Positions 39,664 through 49,217 of a stretch of 64,000 nt of DNA are shown piece after piece. Where the stretch lies: positions 99,017-163,016 of the forward strand of contig CAZYCQ010000001.1 in the NCBI GenBank assembly GCA_964645535.1. Reading direction: 5' to 3'. The translations under genes and the position numbers were made by a program. The notes below the pieces were generated by a model. That model had not been told where the DNA came from and made no database searches. It saw only the letters and a list, made by a program, of their open reading frames with translations. Within the stretch, counting starts at the first letter, position 1, and every line of letters starts with the position of its first letter. The DNA comes from an uncultured archaeon. Its GTDB lineage: Archaea > Asgardarchaeota > Heimdallarchaeia > Heimdallarchaeales > Kariarchaeaceae.

Positions 39664-40014
39664 ATGCCACTTTACGGAAGTTATTTATGTGAAGGTTGCT
39701 TGAGACCTGTTCCCAAACCGGGTAAATGCAACAACTGTGTTGCTAAGGAAATTGCCACAATCCGAGCCGGAAATTATTGCGATCATTGCCACAAACATGC
39801 TTTGGAAACACAACTGTACCTTAACATCAAGACGAGAACCCGATATTGCAGCGAGTGCATCGCTCAATTCAGAAGTGGTCTGATTTGGAGAGGAGCTTTT
39901 ACGGCAGAGCAAGCAGAAAAGATTATTGCAAATGATTTTGTACCCATCACCAATCCAACAAGAAAACCGAAACTCCACAATAAACCGAGAAAACGACCAG
40001 ATCCTATCGAGTAA
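39664..40014 (+). CDS. Small Cys-rich putative zinc-binding protein
   Basis: Four CxxC pairs (CEGC, CNNC, CDHC, CSEC); SD GAGGT upstream. Confidence 0.65.
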   Translation: MPLYGSYLCEGCLRPVPKPGKCNNCVAKEIATIRAGNYCDHCHKHALETQLYLNIKTRTRYCSECIAQFRSGLIWRGAFTAEQAEKIIANDFVPITNPTRKPKLHNKPRKRPDPIE

Positions 40015-42796
40015 AATGTTTAATTCGGATGAGAAGCAACCCAGGAAAGAGATAGGTTCTTAGGATAAAAGTGTCAAAAAAGATAGAAACAACAAGAATC
40101 AAACCTGCATGAATAAGAATTGGAAATGTACTGAAGAAAAGAGAGGAGAAGCTTGCCAACATGAGAAGTCCACTTGATCTGATGCTGAGACCTGAATAAT
40201 TCATTGCACGTGAAAGTGCAATTCGGGGATTTTCGATTTGTTTTCTTTCCTCAAGGAACCTTGAAAAAAGATATACATCGAAATCGATTGCAAAGGCAAA
40301 GAGAATAAATACTGAAAACACGAAGACCCCCAGATTCAGGGAAAATCCAAAGAACACATTTGAAACGACACTGGTAATGGCAAGACTTACAGTGGCGCTA
40401 ATGAAAACGGAGGAAAGTAACCGTAACGGAACCTGGACAACAGATTGAAAGATAATTGCCAAAAAGACAGACAATAGAACTATGGAAAGCAGAAACTTAG
40501 GAGGGGCATCCTCCAACATTCTTTGGTTGAGTTTAGCAACTGATGGAATGAAACCGGTAATGCTCAGAAAGGTAAGGTTGGAAAAAGATGAGAATTTTCT
40601 TGAAATTTCCTCAATTTTCTTCACAGGCTCAATCAGGTCTATTTGATTGTCTGATTTTTGTAATGAAACCAGAATATAGGTGATGTTACCGTTGATGAAT
40701 TGTTTTGATGACGCAATAGCCGTTTCTTTATAGATTAAGCCCAAACTTTCATTAAAGAAATCGACTGGACTACCCAATGGCCAAGCAGCACTGAGAATCT
40801 GACGGACAAAGGCAATTTCGACAAATTCGCCACTCAATTCACCCACTTCAGAAATCAACGGAAGATTCAAGGATCCATTCTCAAAGATTACATCATTCTT
40901 AGCTTGCATGGAAACAATGACTTGGGAAAACACACTCTCTTCAAACCCCTCATAAATCTCTTGCAATGCCAAAGACTGTTCTTCATCAAGACTGACAAAA
41001 TCATTCGGAGACGATTTAGGAATAAAATTTGAAAGAACTAGGATAGAAAGAACAATCATTAATGTTACAGTTAGAATTAGACTTTTCGGATTTAACAACA
41101 ATACCCTTTTTGGAGAAATCTTGGTTTTTGAAATTGATGGGGTTTTCAAACGATCCGCGATAATCAGGAAAAATGAGGGAAAGATCAAGAGGATTGCCAT
41201 TAGCTGGATTAATAGACCAACTATAGTGAGGGTACTGATTGATCGAAAGAGGGGCACCCTGCTGAATGTCAGTGGAATTAGAGAAAGAACAACGGCAGTG
41301 CTGGAAATCATGATTGAATGACCCGCCTTCTCCAAGCAGGTTTGAATAGCTGCATCAATATCGGTTTCTTCTATGGCTTCAAAAAAACGGAACATCAGAA
41401 AAATGGAATAATTCAGCCCAGCGCCATAAATTATTACACTTGAGATCATCATGTCGACTTGAGTGGGGTTTAGGAAACCAACAAGAAAAATAACAAGAAT
41501 ACCACGAATAACAAGAAGGGAAAAAACGTTTATGGAAATCGCAAGAATTGAATACGATATTTTCCTGAATAGAAAATAGAACAGAGCAAAACCAGATACT
41601 GTTGCCACCAAATCTATGATGGAAAGGTCTTCCTGAAATTGAATTTCCAATGCATGTGCCATTCCGGCAATGTTGAGGAATGAAATTTTCACACCCAATG
41701 ATTGCAGATCATCAACCAAATCCATTGATTTAAGGGATTCAATCAAATCATTGGTTTCTTCCGGAGTAATGCCTAAAACCAATGGGACACGTATAAGTAT
41801 TCTGTTGGCAATACCTGTATTTGGATCAAAGTCAGAATAAAGAGACAAATAGAGATCCAAAATTGTTTCGTTGAATCCAATTGGAACGTATTCCCTGTTC
41901 AAAAAGGAGATAATCTTTTCCCTTGCCAGTTGAATTGGGTAAATCAAATTGCCATTTGCATAAGTGTCTTTCAAAAATGCAATTGTGGGATTATCAGAAT
42001 TGCCTAAAAGTAGATTTCCAGAAAATAGGAAGAACTCATTTGAAGTTATCAAGTCGCCAAATTCAAACTTTTCCAAAATTACTTCAGCAAAATCGGAAAT
42101 TGGGCTATTCCCAAACAAACTTCTTGGAGAAGGAATCATATCCCTAATCTGAGAAACAAAATCCTTGAAATCAGAAGCTTGTATTGACATCCATGATTGC
42201 AAATTGTCCTCTATTGAAGTAAACCATACCTCAACTAGATCAGTCACAAAAACTCCTAATGGTTTACTCTGCAATTCGGCAATTGTCTGGTTGACATCAG
42301 TTCTATATTGGAAAAGTAGATCTTCAAAAGTCCGATTGGATTCCATCCCTTCGAAGAATTGCTGAAGGATTTGCCCAGTCTGCTCAATCAGGACAAAGTA
42401 ACTGAGGTTCAACCCTATTAAGGCGAGTTGGATGTTCCTTAAATACGAACTCAGCAGGGTATTACCCAACCAGAAGATATCCAACTTATCTTCCCTGAAT
42501 TCAATAAAGTCAGTAAATTCCTTATCCAATTCGAATTTGAAGAATTCTGTCCAATTTTTTACATCTTCCGTCAATATGGTTCCGTCAGATTTTGTAAGAA
42601 GAACAATGAGATCGTTTGTTCCTTCAAAAAAGACAGGGATTTCAGAAGAAGAAGATTCCCCGATCAAATTATCTGTAGAGCCCTTTCCAACTTTATCAAA
42701 ATTAAGCGCATAGGGAAATGCAAGAACGAGGATGAAAAAGAACATGAAAATGACTAGCTTTGGTTTCCGAGGAATGAAAATATGCGCTAGATGCAT
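40004..42796 (-). CDS. MMPL/RND family transporter
   Basis: Two (1 TM + large loop + 5 TM) halves; GAGLNYSIFLMFRFFE and FAIDFDVYLFSRFLEE. Confidence 0.85.
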   Translation of the reverse strand: MHLAHIFIPRKPKLVIFMFFFILVLAFPYALNFDKVGKGSTDNLIGESSSSEIPVFFEGTNDLIVLLTKSDGTILTEDVKNWTEFFKFELDKEFTDFIEFREDKLDIFWLGNTLLSSYLRNIQLALIGLNLSYFVLIEQTGQILQQFFEGMESNRTFEDLLFQYRTDVNQTIAELQSKPLGVFVTDLVEVWFTSIEDNLQSWMSIQASDFKDFVSQIRDMIPSPRSLFGNSPISDFAEVILEKFEFGDLITSNEFFLFSGNLLLGNSDNPTIAFLKDTYANGNLIYPIQLAREKIISFLNREYVPIGFNETILDLYLSLYSDFDPNTGIANRILIRVPLVLGITPEETNDLIESLKSMDLVDDLQSLGVKISFLNIAGMAHALEIQFQEDLSIIDLVATVSGFALFYFLFRKISYSILAISINVFSLLVIRGILVIFLVGFLNPTQVDMMISSVIIYGAGLNYSIFLMFRFFEAIEETDIDAAIQTCLEKAGHSIMISSTAVVLSLIPLTFSRVPLFRSISTLTIVGLLIQLMAILLIFPSFFLIIADRLKTPSISKTKISPKRVLLLNPKSLILTVTLMIVLSILVLSNFIPKSSPNDFVSLDEEQSLALQEIYEGFEESVFSQVIVSMQAKNDVIFENGSLNLPLISEVGELSGEFVEIAFVRQILSAAWPLGSPVDFFNESLGLIYKETAIASSKQFINGNITYILVSLQKSDNQIDLIEPVKKIEEISRKFSSFSNLTFLSITGFIPSVAKLNQRMLEDAPPKFLLSIVLLSVFLAIIFQSVVQVPLRLLSSVFISATVSLAITSVVSNVFFGFSLNLGVFVFSVFILFAFAIDFDVYLFSRFLEERKQIENPRIALSRAMNYSGLSIRSSGLLMLASFSSLFFSTFPILIHAGLILVVSIFFDTFILRTYLFPGLLLIRIKHFTR

Positions 42797-42864
42797 GAAT
42801 CAGCCAATTTGCTAAATTTGAAAAAGGTCACTGAATATCAAATGGTTTTTTTGTTAAACTAAGA

Positions 42865-44637
42865 TTATTTTTTCCTTCTGAGAACAGGAGCCACCATCAG
42901 CATTGCAGCAAAGGCAATGAAACCTTCAAACCCTGGCAGAGGGTTTTGGATAGATGGTTCAGCACTACCAGTGGTTGAATTGTTTCCACCAGCAGTTGTG
43001 TTGGTTGGATTTAATTGATTAGCAGCATTATCAAGGAAGCCTTGAGTATCGGGTGTCAAAGTGCTACTGACACTCAATGTAAGGTTGAAATCAGTAATGT
43101 CAAACAGGAAGTTCATTTCATTATGGATGATTGTTGCACCGGAACCCAGATCAGCTTCATGATAAATGCTAGTTGCATCCACATGCATTTCTCCAGTAAG
43201 AGAAAGGTCATTGAGGTGACCTCCAATGTTCATCGAACTCCTGAAACTGACACTACTATTGAAAACTATATTCACATAATTCCACCATTCAGTGAAACCA
43301 TCAGTATCGGATGAGTTTGCCTCCAAAGCAAAGTTCAGGTCAGCATCAACTTTTGTGCTGTAACCGCCATCATCAGTAGGACCAGATGTAAAGGATGGGC
43401 TTGAGGAATAATCGAAGTGGAGAACACTGTCTTCAGCGAGAATTGCCTCAGCAATCTGCTCACCGACGGTACCTACAACACTCAATTCAAATACATGAGT
43501 GAGATCCCACGCTGCAAAAATCTGATAATCAGTGGTTACAACAGGACCTGTCATGAAACCAGCATCCGGTGCACCCATATTGAGCAATAATGAGGTTCCA
43601 AAGTGGACATCAAAGGGAAGTCTTCCGAAACCTGCAAACCAGATCGGTTCAGGTACAGGATCCATGGTTCCAGTAGTGGAGTTATAGACTTTTGCATCAA
43701 CTTGGTAATACAAACCATTGATGTCAGTAACTTCCATGGAAATCACAGTTTTACCTTCAAGAGCATTCAATTCATTCTTTGCCTCAGAAAGTCCCTGTGA
43801 GACATTAGCATCGCTTGTGGTGAACGAGAAGTCAGCACTGTCTGCAATAATGTCAAACTTGTCTCCTACTGACAGGAACAGACCATTATGTACCTTTTCC
43901 TTAAATGAAAAGGCAATGTCAATCAAATCAAGTCCACTTGTTCTGTTGGTGATGGTCATGTCAATGGAATTCAACATTCCATCCGGTTTTGACCAAGTAA
44001 CGGCACCATTCAGGTCTATCCTGCTTGAACCACCATCATTCAAGTTCACATTGGTCGCGCTAATCCTAAACTGTGCAGCGTCATTGACCACAGAGATACC
44101 TGAAGGAGTATTGGGATCATTGATCGCAGCCTGAATGACCGCCTCATGAAGATCAAAATCATCACTGAGGAAAATTGGGAAGGGAAATGCAGGCATGCTT
44201 ACGTTAAACATGGTCACAGAACTGAATATGAAATTGATGGGGATTGCCATCCCTTGTGGCATAGTAATAGTTGTACCATTCAAATCAAAATCAACAGGGG
44301 CACCAAGAATGGCACCTGCTGTAACATCCACTACGGGAACATTACCTGAAACCATTGTAGATGTTCTTGGATCCCAATATGTTCCCAAAGTTTCTCCAAC
44401 AGCCATTACCTTTACATAAATTTCAGATGTGGAAAGGTCTAGGACAGAATCCAAGGGGAAATCGGCACCAAGATTGCCACCGGCAAGTGCCTCAAAGTTT
44501 ATTTTGAAAGTGGTAACGTCGTACCAAACTGTGTCACCAGGATCAGCAGTGACTGCTGCTCCATGGACGGGAGAAGTGGAGAACACTGTCAGTGCAGAAA
44601 ATACTAACAATGTCGCCAAAAATATTCCTTTTCTCAT
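42865..44637 (-). CDS. Secreted surface (S-layer-like) glycoprotein with PGF-CTERM-type anchor
   Basis: Signal peptide, many NxS/T sequons, Thr-rich linker, C-terminus LPGFEGFIAFAAMLMVAPVLRRKK. Confidence 0.8.
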   Translation of the reverse strand: MRKGIFLATLLVFSALTVFSTSPVHGAAVTADPGDTVWYDVTTFKINFEALAGGNLGADFPLDSVLDLSTSEIYVKVMAVGETLGTYWDPRTSTMVSGNVPVVDVTAGAILGAPVDFDLNGTTITMPQGMAIPINFIFSSVTMFNVSMPAFPFPIFLSDDFDLHEAVIQAAINDPNTPSGISVVNDAAQFRISATNVNLNDGGSSRIDLNGAVTWSKPDGMLNSIDMTITNRTSGLDLIDIAFSFKEKVHNGLFLSVGDKFDIIADSADFSFTTSDANVSQGLSEAKNELNALEGKTVISMEVTDINGLYYQVDAKVYNSTTGTMDPVPEPIWFAGFGRLPFDVHFGTSLLLNMGAPDAGFMTGPVVTTDYQIFAAWDLTHVFELSVVGTVGEQIAEAILAEDSVLHFDYSSSPSFTSGPTDDGGYSTKVDADLNFALEANSSDTDGFTEWWNYVNIVFNSSVSFRSSMNIGGHLNDLSLTGEMHVDATSIYHEADLGSGATIIHNEMNFLFDITDFNLTLSVSSTLTPDTQGFLDNAANQLNPTNTTAGGNNSTTGSAEPSIQNPLPGFEGFIAFAAMLMVAPVLRRKK

Positions 44638-44983
44638 AATTTACAACACCTCTTTTGTTGTGATTGATTGTTGTCATAGATATTGTAGTGAACACAAATA
44701 AATAGGTTTAGAAACGCATAAATTCGAAAAATGTAGGTAAATTGGCAAGATCATATTCCTAAATGCTATTTTTATGCCCATGTTTTTTGATGATAGAATA
44801 TTTTTTTCATTTTTTGACAGACGTGATATAAAAAACGAATATACTTGACGAAATCATCTTGTCGATAATATCAACCAAAAGACCTCAAGTCAAATTACTA
44901 ATCAATAATGTCACTCCAGCTTTGTAAACTTCAAGTAGTATTAAAAATGGGTCAATTCTAGCAGGAATAATCACTAGAGTTGA

Positions 44984-46876
44984 ATGAAAATGAATGTCAA
45001 GATGAACATTAAAGGGATTATATTTTTGGCGTTTCTTATGGGAATGCTGCTGGCTCCGAATACACAAGGAGTGAGTGCAGAGCAACATTTCCTCCCGATA
45101 ACTGATGTACCGCCAATCATTGATGGAAACATTACTACGCAAGAATGGAATGAAAGCGTCCAATTCAATGCCACCATCGGAGGAGGCCATGCGGATGTGT
45201 TGCTCACAACCACTAATACCTCCCTCTTCTTTGCACTTAATTTCACTAATCCCGAATTTGTCATCGTCAATGCCTCGAATCCAATTAATCAAACACATGA
45301 TTTCGTAGCATTGCAGATCGACAGAAATCTTGACAAGAAAGATCTTGGAACAGTTGAATCACCAGATGACGTATTAGTGGTCGACCAATACAACGCAACT
45401 TCATATGATGGGGTAACCACCACTAATGCAAGTGCTCCATTGCAGGCAGATGTTGCCATCAATGGAACCAATGATGGAAATGCAGTCAGACTGAATCAGA
45501 CACGAAATGGAGAGACTATCCTTTCCTATGAATTTACAAAACCTGCGAGTGGAGAGGATGTCAATGGATCAGATTACAACCTTCATGATACCAATTTCCT
45601 CCAATTCAGGTTTGTAGTTTGGTTCAATGCTTCTGCAAATGCAACCTTTTCTGATGCACTGACAACGGAATGGTTCACACTCAGGGTTAATGAGACAGGA
45701 ACTGGTTTTGCTCTTGCCCCCAGACCCGAGGATACAAGAATTTATATCGATTCTTTGGGTCAAGGAGACGAAGAAGGGTTGAAATCAGTTCTTGAACTTT
45801 ATGGATACAACTTCACACTCAACAAAGATGACAGTGTGTTTAATACCACAGAAGTTGAAGATGATGCTTTGGTCATAGTTATGGTTGGAAAAGATGGGTA
45901 TTCCTCATCCTACATCAATGAACTGACTGATTTCATTCGACTGGGAGGTCAAGCCATCATCCTATTGTCCAATGCATCCAATTCGGCACTTACCGCTTCA
46001 AGATCCATCGCAAGTAAATTTGGAATTGATTTCCTTGAAAACAGGGTTCTCCAGAACGGAGATGATGTCATTTCAATTGATTCCTCCAACTTTAATTCCC
46101 GACTGATCTTTACCTCAGGAAATTCAACTGCGCTTAATAGGGAAGCCCAAGCAGTTCAGTTTACTTCTGGAGTGCTTAATATCTCAAAAGCCCTTGATGA
46201 GGAACTTATCCAATCTCAAAAGTTTGCAATCTATAACCTGTTCGAAGGAATGAACGACCTGGTTTATGATGAGAACGGTAATCTGATCCCAGATCAGGCA
46301 GAATCATACAATGAGAACCTCAGTCTCGGTGTTGCCATGGACTTTCAGCTCGGGGGAAGACTGGCAATGTTCCCAACTAATTTCCTCACCGATGACTATC
46401 TGACCGCTGCTGACAATATTGAATATCTTCTTAGAATGGTACCTTGGGCAGCAAAACAGATTGGGAGGATTCAAGTCAACAACTTCACCATCTCCATCAG
46501 CAATGCTACCTACAATGATATTGTCCAAATCACTGCAAATGTGACAGACAACTTTGGCGGAATTATCGAGGATGCAACCGTCAAGGTTGTTCTTAGAAGG
46601 GCTGGTCAACCACAACTGGATCTCACACTCTTCCACTCCGGAAATGGACTGTTCACTGGAGAATTCACTCCAAAGACCTATGGATGGCAAGAACTTGAGG
46701 TTGATGTCTTCTTTTATGGATATGGATTTGCAAGCGCCTCAAATGTACCACTCTTCGTCCAAAAACCGGAACCAACCTTCAATTCGCTCAGTGATTTGAA
46801 CATTTTCCTTGTCATCACGGGTGTTGCATCAATAGCCTTGTTCATAACAACCTATACCAGAATCAAAAAGCTTTGA
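44984..46876 (+). CDS. OST48/Wbp1-like type I membrane protein with extra N-terminal DOMON/CBM9-like domain
   Basis: PPIIDGNITTQEW start of the N-domain; FIRLGGQAIIL...KFGIDF, VPWAAKQIGRIQV and PKTYGWQELEVD...GY match OST48 segments recalled from memory; single C-terminal TM. Confidence 0.65.
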   Translation: MKMNVKMNIKGIIFLAFLMGMLLAPNTQGVSAEQHFLPITDVPPIIDGNITTQEWNESVQFNATIGGGHADVLLTTTNTSLFFALNFTNPEFVIVNASNPINQTHDFVALQIDRNLDKKDLGTVESPDDVLVVDQYNATSYDGVTTTNASAPLQADVAINGTNDGNAVRLNQTRNGETILSYEFTKPASGEDVNGSDYNLHDTNFLQFRFVVWFNASANATFSDALTTEWFTLRVNETGTGFALAPRPEDTRIYIDSLGQGDEEGLKSVLELYGYNFTLNKDDSVFNTTEVEDDALVIVMVGKDGYSSSYINELTDFIRLGGQAIILLSNASNSALTASRSIASKFGIDFLENRVLQNGDDVISIDSSNFNSRLIFTSGNSTALNREAQAVQFTSGVLNISKALDEELIQSQKFAIYNLFEGMNDLVYDENGNLIPDQAESYNENLSLGVAMDFQLGGRLAMFPTNFLTDDYLTAADNIEYLLRMVPWAAKQIGRIQVNNFTISISNATYNDIVQITANVTDNFGGIIEDATVKVVLRRAGQPQLDLTLFHSGNGLFTGEFTPKTYGWQELEVDVFFYGYGFASASNVPLFVQKPEPTFNSLSDLNIFLVITGVASIALFITTYTRIKKL

Positions 46877-46934
46877 AGTGAAAAAAACGACCATCCCAGT
46901 TAAACATTAAATATTCATCCGTCCCAATAACATT

Positions 46935-47288
46935 ATGCTCTTCACAAAAAAAGAGGATAAAGCACATAATGGATGGGAATGTTGGTTCTGTAACAGAGGA
47001 ATTACCAAGGAAGGGGCTTTTCTTACCCCAGAAGAAGTGAAGTCTGTTTTCCAGGACGTCTTTACTGAAACAGAAATCACAATAGATCTATCTAATTTCG
47101 GAGTTTGTCAGATTTGCGCAGGATTGCAGAAATTTATTGCGCAGGATTCTGTTGCTGCCAAAATCAAAATCAATGAAACTAGTGCAAAAATCAAGGATAA
47201 GGCAGGTGTTATGAAGGAATCACTTAAATCAAAGGCATTTTCGCTTAAAAGCAAAATCGATGAACGAAGAAAAGAGGGCGACCAATGA
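46935..47288 (+). CDS. Hypothetical protein with two CxxC motifs
   Basis: CWFC...CQIC and a helical C-terminus. Confidence 0.6.
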   Translation: MLFTKKEDKAHNGWECWFCNRGITKEGAFLTPEEVKSVFQDVFTETEITIDLSNFGVCQICAGLQKFIAQDSVAAKIKINETSAKIKDKAGVMKESLKSKAFSLKSKIDERRKEGDQ

Positions 47289-47329
47289 CAAAATAAGTTA
47301 AATACAAGCCTGACCATTCAGAATTTGGA

Positions 47330-48181
47330 ATGGATATCCCCTTTGCTTCTAAAAAAAGTGTTTCACCGATTGTTTCCGCGATCTTTCTCATGGGAGTCAT
47401 GCTGGTAGCCATCACGGCAACAGTTACACTCATTTATCCCAACATTGTCAAGCTGGAAGATGAGCAAAGACTTTCCACAACAACAACCCAATTTTCTCAA
47501 CTTGATCAAACTCTTCAGACCTTGATGAATCAAGGAAAAGGAGCTTCTGTAGGACAACCTTTTTCCTTGGATCAATCAGCCTTGTTTGCAGACAATACCT
47601 CGGTGATGGAGCTTCGCTTCACCTACGATTCCACAGCCTTTTCAAAATCGGCAACCATAAATTATACACGACTTGTAGCCCAAATACCCATCAAAAGCCA
47701 AATTCTCGATGTAGGGCAGAAAAAGTATTACAAAGGGATACAGGCACAAAACTTCTTTGCTCTCAATTCCTCCACCTTGGGTTATTATCCTTGGGCAATC
47801 ATTAATGCAACCAGACCGCAAACACAAGACACCCATGCCAATGTGTCTTTCAGCTACAGACCAAAATTCTTTGCCAATTTTGAAGGAACAACACTTGTCC
47901 TAAAAATAATTTTCGTCTCATTCAAATTTACAGGAGAAAGGGTGGCCACATCCTCTGAACCAGTCATACAATATACATATGATGGCCTCATTGCAAATGA
48001 AACGCAAATGTTTGATGGCTCACAATTCTTCCCCGCTGGAGGAACCCTATCTGTCACTTTAACAACAACACTTAGTGATGGCAGTCCACCTTTTATTGAG
48101 GTTCCTTTCAAATATGGGGTAAGCTCATTCTTCCTTAAGACAGAAGTCCAATTCCACCAATTTACCGTCCATATACCATGA
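47330..48181 (+). CDS. Archaeal type IV pilin-like protein (class III signal peptide)
   Basis: KKS/VSPIVSAIFLMGVMLVAI followed by a hydrophobic helix and P.I. Confidence 0.8.
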   Translation: MDIPFASKKSVSPIVSAIFLMGVMLVAITATVTLIYPNIVKLEDEQRLSTTTTQFSQLDQTLQTLMNQGKGASVGQPFSLDQSALFADNTSVMELRFTYDSTAFSKSATINYTRLVAQIPIKSQILDVGQKKYYKGIQAQNFFALNSSTLGYYPWAIINATRPQTQDTHANVSFSYRPKFFANFEGTTLVLKIIFVSFKFTGERVATSSEPVIQYTYDGLIANETQMFDGSQFFPAGGTLSVTLTTTLSDGSPPFIEVPFKYGVSSFFLKTEVQFHQFTVHIP

Positions 48182-48230
48182 TACTAAACAAAAAATAAAT
48201 AACCAGCAACAATTATGCTTGAATCAGCAA

Positions 48231-48303
48231 GGGTTTGTAGTTCAGTTGGAAGAATGTCGGTCTGCGGAACCGATGGTCGGGGGTTCAAATCCCCCCAAAC
48301 CCG
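48231..48303 (+). tRNA. tRNA-Arg (anticodon GCG), intronless, CCA not encoded
   Basis: GGGTTTG/CAAACCC acceptor stem, TCGGT-CTGCGGA-ACCGA anticodon arm, GGGGG-TTCAAAT-CCCCC T arm. Confidence 0.96.
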
Positions 48304-48429
48304 TTTTCATTTTTTGATGATCATAAGAATTTGCTGAATCGAATTTATACATATTGCAATTAGCGTCTAAATCATTATTTTTTGAGTTTGATAATGATGG
48401 GGAAAGGTGATCTGACCTAATTTTCCAAT

Positions 48430-49161
48430 TCAAATCTCAACCATCTTTATTGGATTAAAGAGAATATTGGGCTCTTCATGCTCATAACCTCTAGGATTAC
48501 AGACAACTCTGGTTTTGTCGATGTTGTAATCCATTGATTTGTGGATATGGCCGTGTATCCAAATTTTTGGCTGACAGGTTTCAATCAACTAATCTAGTTC
48601 ACTGAAATAAGTTCCAGCAACATTTGAAGAATGATAAGATGGATGAAGACTTTTCCGGGATGGCAGATAGTGTGTAACAACCACTTTTCTGCCATTTACC
48701 GATCCAAGTGCCTTTTCAAGCCATTCAACACTTTTCTGATGAAGGGTAATGGTTTCATCAGGAGTTAATAGGTGATCACCATTCCAAATGAGTTTGTAAT
48801 CATTCAAATTGGATTTGGCAAGTGATTTGGTAACGGGGTCCCCATTGAGCATATCAGACCAAAGGGTGCATCCAAGAAAGGTTATTCCCCCGATTTCAAT
48901 TGTATCCCTTTCAAGGACATATAAACCGTCAAGTTCAAGGTTTTGCCAATATGCAAGGGTTTGTTCGAAATGGTTGTTCTGAAATTCATGGTTTCCTAGA
49001 ACATAGATAATCTCTGAAAATTCAAGTTGTGCTTCAATAAATGGTTTCGCAGCCTTTCCTTCACCAATATCTCCAGCAAGTATAAGAAGATCCCTTTCCA
49101 CTTTATCGAGAGGGAAAGGGTCATATTTGATATGAAGATCACTTAGGATCTGAATTTTCAT
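48430..49161 (-). pseudogene. Calcineurin-like metallophosphoesterase interrupted by an in-frame TAG at 48589-48591
   Basis: SDLH, LAGD, GNHE, VVTH precede the TAG. The same frame continues LIETCQPKIWIHGHIHKSMDYNIDKTRVVCNPRGY to TGA at 48430. Confidence 0.8.
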
Positions 49162-49217
49162 AATTTGAATTCGAACAACTCTTAAATTAGTTTTTCCCAC
49201 AGCCAATGAACGCGGTT

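Noticed and set aside
46850-46876. KKxx ER-retrieval signal at the end of the OST48-like protein
   Set aside because: Lysines are at -3/-2 (IKKL), not -4/-3, and basic tails after TM anchors are generic here.
48589-48591. Genome-wide TAG recoding
   Set aside because: Conserved genes such as sucD (37761) and infB (55246) end in TAG at their expected C-termini.
48231-49161. Integrated element at the tRNA-Arg 3' end
   Set aside because: No integrase, transposase or duplicated tRNA 3' end was seen in the window.
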